From positions 7,378,001-7,442,000 of the forward strand of contig CM120642.1 of the NCBI GenBank assembly GCA_051362555.1: 64,000 bases of DNA, read 5' to 3'. The notes beneath the pieces are model-generated. The model had not been told where the DNA came from. It saw nothing but the letters and a program-made list of their open reading frames with translations, and made no database searches. The translations under genes and the position numbers were made by a program. The DNA is from Lingula anatina (lineage: Eukaryota; Animalia; Brachiopoda). This document shows, one piece after another, positions 1-12,492 of the stretch (positions within the stretch are counted from its first letter, which is position 1; each line of letters begins with the position of its first letter).

Positions 1-119
1 TCGTAAAGTCCCCATATACCCCCATAGAGACAATAAAATAGAGTACTCTAAAGTAAGAGTACAGTTTCAGGTTGTTCAGTCGAGCGTGGATGAGCCCGCA
101 GTCGTGCTACAAAATTTGT

Positions 120-238
120 TCTGGGGTATGATACTCCGAAATGCGAACTGACACACACTTTGAAAACGGGTAGTGTGGTCCGATATACCGGTTAATTCAG
201 GATCCTTATGTGCCGAGTCTGGTAGTTGGTTAGGCCTG
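120..238. mobile_element. Terminal inverted repeat of a family-Y TIR element (rest of the element lies upstream, probably beyond the window)
   Basis: gggtatgatactc...tgccgagtctggtagttggttaggcctg matches the right end of element Y at 57320-57433. Confidence 0.75.
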
Positions 239-483
239 AATATGGTGCTTGAAAAGTCAAGAGTTTTGTTTTGCTGACTGGAATTTCCACAAGTGTCCAG
301 TTAAGATAACTCAAAGCACAGGACAGTGGATACAACTTATTAATTTTGCTCTAGCAGAATAATTTTCGTTTGTTTTGAATGTAAAAAAAATGCTCTCATG
401 TTGTTATTATGGTAGTGCAGTCCATAAATGTTGTCAAAATCTTGGTTTTCTTTTGTGTGATGGAATGAATGTGTGTCACTGTG

Positions 484-486
<3 letters not shown>

Positions 487-516
<30 letters not shown>
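487..516. repeat. (GA)n microsatellite
   Basis: Direct reading. Confidence 0.95.
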
Positions 517-520
<4 letters not shown>

Positions 521-787
521 GGGAGGAGAAGAAGGAGGTTTAAAAGAAAGAGGGGAAAGGGTACATTTTCTAGGAATATTATAATCAGAAACCTTCCATT
601 TGCATTCATGAGATGATGGCGTGACATATCCAATCAGCCCAATGTACTCTTTCTTAGTAATTAGAAAGGACTGCGAGTATAAGGATGAATCTCATTTATG
701 AGAGGGCTTAGGTGCCTTGACACCTAATTTAGCAAGAAAGAAAAAAATTGCTGTCTTTTGCAAGACATTAGATTATCAGTAATTGAG

Positions 788-868
788 TTGTGTGTGTACA
801 CGTGCCTATGTGTGTGGTGTGCGTGTGTGTGTATGGGTGCCTGTACATGTGTTTGTGGTGTGTGCGTG

Positions 869-918
<50 letters not shown>
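788..918. repeat. (TG)n microsatellite with degenerate 5' part
   Basis: Direct reading; explains the Cys/Val ORFs 758..952 and 783..992. Confidence 0.95.
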
Positions 919-923
<5 letters not shown>

Positions 924-2991
924 ATTTTGCACTTGAGTTTAGGGTTATATGATGCCTTGATGATAATTTTATCAGTTAGAATCTATTCCTGAATTGTCAA
1001 TCTCTCCTTCCCTGCCTCATATAGCTAGCATAGCATAATAGTTTGTAGGCCATTTGGCATTTGTTTGAATTCACTGATGCGTACAGTAAAATTTACTTGG
1101 AGAAATTAATAATAATGTTAATAATGAATTCACACTAAGTTACCTAGAACAACCCAAGTATACTACTTCACCTTAGCTGACTGGCCTGCCATTCAGTTTA
1201 ATGGTCTCCTTAACACGAGTCTTATGCTTTAATACTTGTAAGTCTACTTAAAACCTGTGTCCTGTGCCAATCTCTGAAGGCAGAAGTGCAGCGGGATTGG
1301 AGAAAAAAATATAATAGGTTTCCATGTCCAGAATCATTGACATTTAAGATAAAAGGGTTATGTTGTTAGCTGTGCAAATATTCATTGAACCAAGCTTCTT
1401 TTGGACTTGTACAGATTTGAGATGCTATCAGACAACTGTCTGTGTCTATAGCTAGCAAACTTGGCTACATTCACTCAGCTTCCTATTCTGGGCGTGCATG
1501 ATCCGGTCCCATTGTGATGCATCTGTCCCCAAGCAAATTTGTGTGCATGACTTTTCAAGCTACATGAATGTTTACCCCCCCCCCCCCATTTATTATTTAC
1601 TACCACTGGGGAAGTAAATTGAGGAAAATAATGTGAAATATATCTCAGCTCCCTATTATAATTGTAACCAAAATATCCATGGTCAAGAGGCAGGTGCAGT
1701 GGAGTATGGGCGTAACCTTGATTGCAATCAGTTTGAAATTGATTGTTTTATCATGTACCAAAGTACTTGCCGTTCTCAGTGCCCTCTTTATTTGAATGTT
1801 GATGTTGCACATTGTAATTTGGATGGTTTGAATACAGCCTTCTCCCTCATACCCCTTTTAAATTTTCAAAAGTGTTTTTGGCAAAGTATTCAATGACTTT
1901 AGTAAAACAATCACTAGGGAGTGATATTAAAAATTTACTAGGTCAGACAATACCTAAGCTGCTTTTTCTGCAAAAACGTGGAATTCTGCATTTTTAAATT
2001 CAGTTCTGATGGGCAGCCCCCAGACCCCGGCTGGTTAGGTGTTGGGTACCATGATAAATGTTCAGAGTTTTTTTTTCTTTTTTTAAACCTAGGCTCATGT
2101 CTGTCATCCATCACAATTCTGTTGCATCATGGGATGTTATTATAATTAGGTAAGAAAGGTCATAGATTATTATTATTATGTGGAATGTAATTAAAACTTT
2201 TCAACTGTGTATGTAGCATTTAAAATTGGAATCGCAGCCTATAAGTTTTCCACTATAGTTTGTTAGGGGTTGCAGCTATCTGCAAAACCCTTGAATTATA
2301 TAGAATTCTAAATTTTGGACATGTGAATTGGAACCAAGTTATCATTTTTATCCTGACATCATATTCGCTGTATGAAACTATTTGAAGCTTATAAATGTTA
2401 TTTTATCTGTATGTAAGTCAAATGGAAGATCCGTTTATAGCAGTGTTGTTGTTTTGGGATTTGATGCTCTCTGTCTGTGGTGGACGAAACTATAAAATGT
2501 AGGAAGTGAATGTTGTTAGTCTGTTTGAAATAGAATTATAAAAGAACTTTCCCATCTGGGCCACATCAAGTTTACACTGAAAAGAAATAAAATCTCTCTG
2601 AAGCGCATTTTATGGTGAAACATCTCCAATACTGGTGAAAATATTCCCTTTTGGTTACCAAGCTGTATGGTAATTATTGGGCATGGCCAAAGTTGTATGT
2701 TTTTTTCTGCTTACATTTGGGTCAAAACAGGTTTTTTGGTGATGATTCCACAATAATTACCTATCTTTTCTTTAGCTTACTGTACTGTTTTGTAGTAGTT
2801 TGTCTAGATATATAGCCACTAGATTTACAGCTTTTGAGCATTTTCAAAACGTCATGACATGAATCAAAACTGGCCTTAGAAAAAATAATGAGGATAGTTC
2901 TTTGTCATGTATTCAACAGATAACTGATAAATTTCACCCCTTCGATCTGCATCAAATATCTGGAAATATATTGGAAATTGTTCCCAACAAA

Positions 2992-3185
2992 CTTAGAGCG
3001 CATTCAGATCAGTGATCTAACAGATCCGTAGGTCAAATATGGCCGACCCACTTGAATGCTCGTCACATATTTCCCGTGGGGAATGTATTCAGTGTCTAAT
3101 CTGAAATTAAGTGGCAAGCTATTTAGTTGGTCATCATATTTGATCCTCAGATCTATTAGTCTGCTGTTCTGAATGCATTGTTAAG
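2992..3185. mobile_element. Diverged foldback/MITE-like palindrome
   Basis: gcattcagatc...ggtcaaatatggccgacc mirrored by ggtcatcatatttgatcc...tctgaatgc. Confidence 0.5.
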
Positions 3186-6127
3186 TCTAAAAAGTCCGTG
3201 GATTAGATATGGCTGACCCCACTTTAAAGCAATGCCCTCTGATGATCTTCCTGTCTTCTACAGGCACTTCCCCTGCAGGGGCCTAGCAGTTGTAGCTTAA
3301 TTAAAACCGATTCTAGTTAGTCCGCGGATCTTATGATGTGAATGCAGCCTTTGTTTCCTTATCTATTTATAAGCACAATGAATAAAACAAAATGTGAAGT
3401 AAAAAAAGAAAAAAAATAGAAAAAAAATTTTAATTTGTACCTTTATAGGTAAAGCTACAAATACAGCTCTAGGAAACATGATCTGGTATGTCTGTTACAT
3501 ATATGGTAATTACTCATCAGATTCGAATAGCATGAATTTATTATTTTCCCGCCAAAGTAGTAATACTTAAAAATACTGATTCATACGTTTTGAAAAGTTT
3601 GTTGACTTGATATGACATTGTTTTGAGTGTCTGAAAATACTAGAAATTAAAAAAGAAAAATAATCACAAAAAAGGTGTTGAAAATGTTAAATAATTACCA
3701 TATATCCTTGCCAGAATGGGAAACCACTAACATCCATCAAACCAGGCATAGAATGTTTGTAATGCAAATACTGGCCAAGATTTCCTGTCATATATTATAG
3801 ATGAGAAGAAAGCATGTAGATGCAAGTGTTATGCAGAAAAAAATTCCTAAAAACCTGAGATTTATGCTGCCCTCTAAGTAAAAAGTGCTTGTTTGCTGTT
3901 GCAAAGGAAAGTTTGTTTTCAGATTAAAAATAAATGAAATGTGAAAAAGGAAAATGTTTCTTACTTAATGGTTACCTGTTTATTGGTGCAGGATTTTGTG
4001 AAATTCAGATAAAAAGTTAAGATATCTGATGACAGACTTATTATTAAAACTAGGAAGCACAGATAGATTACTTGCTGATTGTAGCATTTGTTTAAGCCAC
4101 ACAAGATGGAATTTTTTGCTTAATTTGTGATAAATACATAAAATTAATGAAATAATTTCCATTTTCTGTTATAGTTTCTTTAAAACAACAGCTACAAAAG
4201 GAGATGAAAGGAATCCAGATATTCGTGTATTGTATTTCTGGGCCCCAGATCTCCATTATAGAGCTGTGTGCCTTTTGGTGCTTGTATTTTCTGGATTTTT
4301 TTGAAAGGCCCACCTTCATTTCTGATAACAGAGTTGTATTCTGTCTAGTATGTTAGGGTCTTTTTAAGTTTGTTTTGAAGAAACTTATTGTAACTGAGTA
4401 TATAATATAGCTGATTAAATTCTTCCCTGGATTTTCTATTTGTGCTGTCAGATTGAACTATCCTTTTAATCAATCGTGAAAACATTATTGCTGGGGATAC
4501 AGTCATAGAAAATACATTTCAGTGTTGGTGTTATCAAAATGAGTTGTGTTTTTCTTTGATTACACTCTAAACTTAGTTTGCCTTGACAATAAATGAAAAT
4601 TTTATCCATGGCTCAACAATAGATTTGATTGCTTATGAAGCAAAACTCAATGGAGGGAAGGACAAAAAAGAAGATTGAGATAAAAAATGAAGAAAAAGAA
4701 CAGAAATCTCCAGGGACAACAAAATGTACATCTGAGGGAGAGAAAATATGATTTTGTCGAAGGGCATAAATCTTGCCAATGGAAAAGTCATCAAATGTTT
4801 CATCACATGATTAACATTGTTTTTTTCTGAATGTTTTTTTTTTCCTTTTTTTCCATGGCGACTGCATTCTAAGAGTCAATTCAGCATACTTTTGATTAGC
4901 AGAAGGTCTTCTGGAGGGATTCCCTTGAGTGTTGATTAGATTGTAAAGAGACCTGGTGTTCACATTAATTTTCCATTTAAGACTCATTACTAAGTTATCT
5001 GAAAATGGGATCCGTCTGCACGCAAGACGAGCAGGAAACAAAGCTGTCTTGGGAATACAAAGAAAGAAACACAAAGCAGCTATTATTATAAGCTGATTGC
5101 TCTTTCAGTGGAATATCTAAACATTAGTCTGTTTTTTTCTGTTGTGTCTGTTTTTTTTTTTTTTTTTTTATTGATGGAAGCTCGTCCACTTTTGATGATT
5201 TCCTTCTTGCATTAATTTATGAGAACAGAATTTTTCAATGAAGTTTGATTTTATATGTGAAATAATCTCATCTTTTTACCATGGAGATCGAAATGGGACA
5301 GGTTCCTCGTTAAAACGCCTCATATTGACGTATTTAATTGTCCCAGTTCATTAACTCGGGAAATTGAATGTAGCAGTTTTTATCAAGGCAATCTGTAGCC
5401 TAATCCAAGTAAAATAGGAATTTTTAGTCCAATGACATTGAAAGGATGTGTAGGTGCAGCCTTTATATCAGTGCAGCAGAGCATATTTTTATTGAGGTGT
5501 GTGTGTGTGGTAATTATTCAGATAATTTGATCAAATCATTCCCAAGATTAAAAAACATCTTAAAATAGTAAGTTGACTTTATGTCAGAATGTCCATTCTT
5601 GTGAATATCTAAAGATAATTAGGCCTTAAAAAGTACAAAATTGGGGAAAAGGGTTAGTGTTTAAAAATATGAGTCATTACGGTAACCGTAAAAGACATTG
5701 CAGATTCCGTCTACAACAACTTCCTGTTTTGGTGCTTTTATCAAGGAAATGTCTCTCATAATTCTTATTGATTTGGTTTTTTATAGCATCCTTTGTATGC
5801 CTGCTGTGTGCAGTCATTTGATTCATTCGTTTTTGCACTGATGAAATCTTCATTCCTGCCACGTTCTCTAGAAATCTCGGAAAAAAGCACCCCCAATTTG
5901 AATGAAGGAGAGAATTGGAAAACAATGACTGGCAGTGTTATGTACTCAATAATACAGTGAATTTAATGAAAGTCGTGTATTTGTTGAATCTTTAACCTTA
6001 TTTTTAGCCAATGTGTTTCTAAACTAATGGGACAGTGGTACTCTCTCTGATCATAACCTGGATAAGCATTAGCGAGATATATATTTTCATTGCTGTAGCA
6101 AAGTTTGTTATGTGTTATATGCACAAG

Positions 6128-6172
<45 letters not shown>
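6128..6172. repeat. (CA)n microsatellite
   Basis: Direct reading. Confidence 0.95.
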
Positions 6173-6175
<3 letters not shown>

Positions 6176-6814
6176 GTGATATCAATGAGGCAAAATCAGC
6201 ATATTCCATTCAAAATTAGGGGTTTTGGGTGAAAAACATGTACAATGTCCTTTCATATGTATGGCAAATAATGCCCTGCTACCCCCTAACCCAATATACA
6301 GCATGCTATCATGTATATTGGGTTTGTGGGAAGTGCATTATTTAGTACTTTGGCAGGAAAATGTGGTAATAATAACATTGATTGTGTTTTAAGATAAAGA
6401 ATAAGGATTTGTAGGATTATAGTGTTTTCCCAGGCTTTAGTGTATTTACTGCTTTGGCCAAGTTAACCTCTGCTTTTCTCTAGTGTTACCACATTTTGGA
6501 AGAAATGGTTGTAAAAGTGTTGAATCATAAGCAGCTCCTTTCTGGGATTGTTTTCATTGTGACAGAGGTCCCAAAGCACTGTTATAATATGCCGTTGTTA
6601 CCAGAAACAACAGTCAAATGAGCAGCCATCTTCCATATTTTTTGACAAAGACTTGGTGGTTTGAATATTTTGACAGGAAGTGTGGTGATCATTTAATCAT
6701 AATCACTTCAAAATTATCTAAGATCATTGAAAAATGTATGAAACGCATATTTTCTTTGCCATATTTTAATCACACAAACCGTATCTGTAATCATTGGTTT
6801 CTGTTTTCTTACAG

Positions 6815-9800
6815 ACACACGGAAAACCAAACTTTTAGTGGAGAAATATGACAGTGAAACATCCAAGTTCCAGGTGCAGATGGAGGAATCAGACAAATGT
6901 AAGTCACACCCAGTGATAACCAATGATATGGTTTACATTTATTAGATCTAATATTTTTCATGTTATTCATTTATGTTTCTTTTCTGATCCATAATTTTAG
7001 TTTATGATAGTAATGATTCAGATCTTGTGTTGTATAATGGTTGATTGTTACAGTGTTAACTATTAAGACGTGGAAGTGTTCTAAATGGAAATTGAAAATG
7101 TTCATTTTTAGTTTTACAAGTGAAATTCACCAGTATCTGTCTTCAATTTGAGAATGACTGAAAGATTTTAAAATGTAGAGAATTTAAAATCAGCACAAAT
7201 TTTGTCAAAACTAATGGATATGCTGTGCAGTGGTGTGAGTGAAAGTATTGAAATTTCAAGGAAATTGTTTTTTTGCCAAATAAAAGTCTAACACTCGTGT
7301 CTTTAGAATATTTATTCTTTATGTAATGTAACCCCAACTGTGAATGGTTATTTCCAGATATAAAAACATACTTCATAGTTGGCCCCAAGAGCAAGCCAGC
7401 CACTCCGAACCTGAACACAAGCAGTGAACACTCAGGGAGTAGAAGCTCCATCTCTGAAGACAAGCATGATGCTGACAGTATTGTGGTGGATGGGTTGAAT
7501 AGTCCTGTAAGTTGATGAGGCAGTTTTGTCACACCTAATGCGGTTTGTGTTACTTAGGCAATAAGATTGTGCTTTTGTCACACCTAGCACAATTTGAGTT
7601 ACTTAGGCCATAGGATTGCGATGTTGTCACACCTAGTACACTGTGTTAGAATGGTTTGGAGCTAGGTGACATATTGAATTTTTTCTTCTTTCAGAATCTT
7701 TCTGAACCACGTCGACCCAGCCTCCGCACACAGATTTTAGACTCTCACAATGACACACAAGCAGTAAGTATGGATAAATTGATGTGAGCTTTGTTGATGA
7801 ATATTGGAGACAAGACCGTTTCATAGACAACACAGGTGTATATGAGTACTAATAGGTAGATGTGCAACACTGGACATGCCATTACAGGTCAAGATACGTG
7901 AATTAATGTATTTATTAATGTACAGGAGTGTGACATGCCATAAAACTTGTTTGAAGAAAGACAATATCAGCAGAGTCTACTTGACCATGTGGTTGCATTC
8001 TGTTCAAAAAATTTATCTGATTTTTTTTTAACTGATACATTTTCTTACAGTTTTTTTTCATTTGCCATATAAATATGTGAGATGCATTTCCCAACATAGC
8101 ATGCACTTAAAAGTCTTTGCTTAAAGAAATGTAAATTCATTTCCATTTCTAGCCCAATGGAGTCACACCAGCATTCCTTCTGGGGCGCAGGCAGAGCGGG
8201 TTCTTTGCCATTAGTGAGATGTCCCTGGAGGAGATTGCAGAGGAGGAAAAAGGTTTGTACGCTCTACCTTGATATTATCAGGGTTGGATTTAATCCGTCT
8301 TCTGGATCTTCTGGTAGTCGGTCAGATTTTTAAAAGTTTACATTGACGGGTATCTAATTTTTTTCTGTTGGGAGACGGTCAAAAATGGAGGATGGATCAA
8401 TGAAGATATAATTTGGAAGAATGTCAGAAAATATTTCTTGATCTGCCCCTGATATTATGTCACACCTCACTCAGTCACATCTGAGATGGTGACTTGTCTA
8501 GACTTATATTACATAGCACAGTTTATTAGCAGACTGACATTTTCTTACCTCATATGCAATTCTGTATTTACAAATATACAACAACTCTCTTTCATGTAAA
8601 ACTTAATGAGACTGTTTAAATGATGTGACCTTATGTTCGGTATTTGAATGTACTAAAAGATTTGTTTCAAATATGTTGATATTAATTTTTACTTTTTCTA
8701 GCCTGTTTATGAAATTTATTAAAAACTGAATAGCACGATGTTATATTATTACACACAACTGACATTAGCGATATTTTCATGTCCACTATAAGACTTTAAC
8801 ATATTTATAAGATGTGTTGCATAAACTACTATTTTAAATGTGTTCTTAAAGGACTTAAACTTATCCTTCAGTGGCTTTGAAGATGTACAGCCACAGTTTA
8901 AATATCTTGATAATTGTTTCATTAACAGAGGGTATGGAGGTAGACTCCACCATGGTCCCCATCAACGAGACTCTCACCAAAACACGTCAGCTTCGACAAC
9001 AGACAGACAAGCAGCTTATTCACTACATCCAAGAAGACACGGAAAATAACAGCGATTATTTCTACAAGCCTCCTATTAACCAGTGTACACTAACTTTCAA
9101 AACAGCAGGCTTGGAGAAGCGTTACAGGGAACATTACTTAGACGACGACAATCAGCAATTGAAAGTCAAAACATTCGCCTCCCCGCGTTTTAATGCTTTT
9201 ATCGACATGGTGATCTCTTTTATCTTCCTGGTGGCTATTTCTATCTGTTGTTTCATAGTGTTTGGAATTACCATGCCATGGGTGACCTACTTTGTTGTTG
9301 CCATGGTGTTCGAGGTTGTGATGCTGATTCCGTACATTAAGGACGTGCTCATCGAGGCTCCTGCTCGAGGTTGTCTAGAACGCATCCGTCGCTGTATCTC
9401 CCTCTGGTACATGCGCCACGTTCTAGGTGCTGTTTTGACCTCACTTCCTGCGGCTGCCGTCTATGCCAATTTCTCGTGTGCTCAGGAAGAGGACCAACAA
9501 AAACACGCTATATTCTACTGCTACCTGTTACTGGTGGCACTCCTTCATTACTGTAATTTCACAATGCTTAGTTCTTGGATGAAGTCGATTTTAGCCAGTC
9601 TGGTGGGAATTGTCTTGCTTCTGCTCCTTGGGATTGGTGTGTGCTCGGAATCCCAGTACCATAACGTGTACAATGTGACCTCAAGTTCTTTTAATCTCAC
9701 CAATAACGAGACCATCTGGCAGAATTACACAGCACAAATCAAGTTGGACAGTAATGTCTTGTTCTCAGGAAAACATAAGCTTCGCTTTGAGATTATTCTG

Positions 9801-10604
9801 GATATGGCCCTACTGCTGCTCTTGGTGTGGTTTTTGAACCGCGAGTTTGAAGTCAGTTACCGTCTTGGTTTCCATGGAGACGAGGAAGCATCGGCAGACA
9901 GATCGCGCATGGAGATTGAAAAGAAGCATGCTGATTGGCTGCTGCACAACATCATTCCCGAGCACATCTCTGAGCAACTGAAGAAGACATCGAAGTACTC
10001 TAAGAATCACAAAAATGTTGGTGTTATATTTGCCAGCATCGTTAACTTCCATGAATTTTACGACGAATCCTACGAAGGAGGTAGAGAATGCCTACGAGTG
10101 TTGAATGAACTTGTCGGAAATTTTGAAGAACTACTGGGAGACTCACGCTTTAAGGATGTCGAAAAAATCAAGACCATAGGGCACACCTTGATGGTGGCGT
10201 CAGGACTCAATGAGCAGACGCGGTTGCAGAATCGGCACCCCAATGCACATTTGTACACATTGCTAGACTACACTATAGAAATGCAGCATGTGGTACAGCA
10301 ATTCAATGAAGGGATGCTGGAGTTTGGGTTTGTCTTGTCCATAGGGTTCTACTGCGGTGAAGTGACATCTGGTGTCATTGGGACATCTAAACTTCTGTAT
10401 GATATATGGGGGGACACGGTGAACATCGCAAGCCGAATGTACTCCACAGGTATGCCTGGTAGAATACAGCTTCCAGAGGGCACTGCTAATATGCTAGAGG
10501 ACAAATTTGAGTTCGAACATAGGGGCACTGTATTTGTTAAAGGCAAAGGGGACATGAGGACTTGCTTCTTACTGCACAAAAGAGAAGGGGCGCAGTGGGA
10601 CTAA
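6815..10604 (+). CDS. ADCY9: Adenylate cyclase type 9-like, 3' part; exons 6815-6898, 7358-7506, 7695-7763, 8153-8252, 8929-10604
   Basis: All introns are GT..AG and phases join (1,0,0,1). IKTYFI marks the end of C1a. The last exon has the second transmembrane cluster and the C2a motifs EKIKTIG..MVASGL and GVIGTSKLLYDIWGDTVNIASRM; KLLYDIWG is the AC9-type version. True acceptor is at 8928; the ORF-track start at 8871 is intronic. Confidence 0.9.
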
Positions 10605-12492
10605 TTTATACTAGTGTCTCGTAAGATAACATTGGACTGCTCAGCTCATAAAAAATGGCCTCGAAGAAAGAAAATCTGTTACAGAATCCGGTTTTAGTTG
10701 ATACCATGGCAAATGCGCCTTTATGACTGAATGGAGCTAATAGTTTGTGTTTAAACAGCATAAATATAAACTACTTGCAAGCATTACTTAAAATGAGTTA
10801 AGTTTGAAAGCTGGTCTTAAACTTAAGTAGTAGTCCACTAGAATAATCAAGTTATTATGATAGGCAAGATGAGAAAAACTATTAGTCCAAAACATACACC
10901 ATCTCATACTTTAAAATACAACTACAATTATCTTATTCTCTTTTATGATAGAAAGAATTACTCTGATATACAATGGTCAAAATGGGTGGCATTTTTAGTT
11001 TTATGAGTCTTAAAAGGCCAACTTTCATCTCTGTTTTGTTTTGTGAAGTTCACTCCAGGGAGATGCTGTTAAGGTGACAGAGTCAAACTCATTGGTTTGC
11101 CGCCAAAGTTCAAAGTTTAAACCATGGGTATAGACCCTGGATTATATTTGAACTATTTTCAATACTTCTTCCTTCACAGTTTAACTTCCGAATAGATATA
11201 TGTGACTTGACTTTGCTCAATGATATTTTAAGTGTGCCATTATTTTCAAACATGAAGAAAACCTTGTAAACCATCTTTTGATAGGAGTTAAGATGGTACA
11301 TAAATGTAACCTACTAGTTTTGTTTGAATGGCATTTGATTATTTTGAGATGTTTGTCTTTGAACTGTGTACAAGTTGTGAAGTTTGTTATATGCTGTAAG
11401 TATTACAGCGATGGATGAAATTGTTATAAAACTGATGTAAATTCAGAGGAGTTTGGCTAAGGTTATTCCACAAAAAGTGACCAGTTGAATCATGTCAGAG
11501 ACATGTTTTGTGTCTGAGCTGTCTCAAAAAAAATTTTTTTTTTGAATGAGAAGCCAAAATCTTTTGGCCAGCCACATTGGAGAAGCATGGAACTATACGT
11601 TGAAAAATATTTATATGTTCATATCCTCTAGTGCTGTGAAATATTCCTACTTTGACTTTAAATGTTAAATGTATATCATTAATTTTTTCTCTCTAAATAT
11701 TTGGTGCATGAAACTACACTGATTTAAAAAAAATTAAACACTCAAGTTTTCCTTCTTTTTAAATTTACCTCTCCTTTTGTTTTGATGCATTGTTAACAGT
11801 TTTGACTAAATCCTTGATTTTTGTCAAAGCTTTTACATCATATAGGTTTTGAGTATTAATCAACAGATTATTCCATGTACTAGGCAGTTAAAAGGAGAAT
11901 TATATTTTTATACTTTTTCCAGGATACCCCATGTTAAATTCACATTTTCCATTTTCTCTAACACTGTCTCCAATCTTGCTTTACAGATCAATAATTATGA
12001 TTATTTTTCTTTGTTGGGGTAAAGTTCGAAGCCAGCTCTTTTAGTCATGGCTCTTGTGCAGCTGATGGGGTTAAAAATTGAAACATCATGATTTTAAATT
12101 CACATGCTTAATCAGTCCCAAAATGTGCTTTATTCAGGTACGAACAATTTCCTATAACCACAGGCAAAGAATATTTTTTACCGAACAAGAATAGTTGTGA
12201 TGTATAAAATCCCCTCCATGTTTAAAGTATAAATTCTAATTTTAAAAAATGTTGGGCCTTGCTTGCAATTTTATGTAATGATGTGTCATAGTATTTCATT
12301 ACTATATGATTGTTACAAACCTAATTTCAAGATTTTTTTAATCTCTCAAAATGCTTTTTTTTTGTGATTTTTTCAATATGGATGTTTCACCAGTTGTAAT
12401 TTTTCATTCATTTGTGAAAAATTCATGCCTCTACTCCTAGCACTCTGTGCTCTCTTAAGCAATGTAATAAAAATAACCAAATTTATCATGAA

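Noticed and set aside
340-6232. Short ORFs in the first 6 kb
   Set aside because: Microsatellite-driven or random; no cyclase motifs, consistent with ADCY9 intron
8871-8928. ORF-track start for a 577-aa single-exon cyclase
   Set aside because: Intronic read-through; the acceptor at 8927-8928 joins in phase to upstream exons
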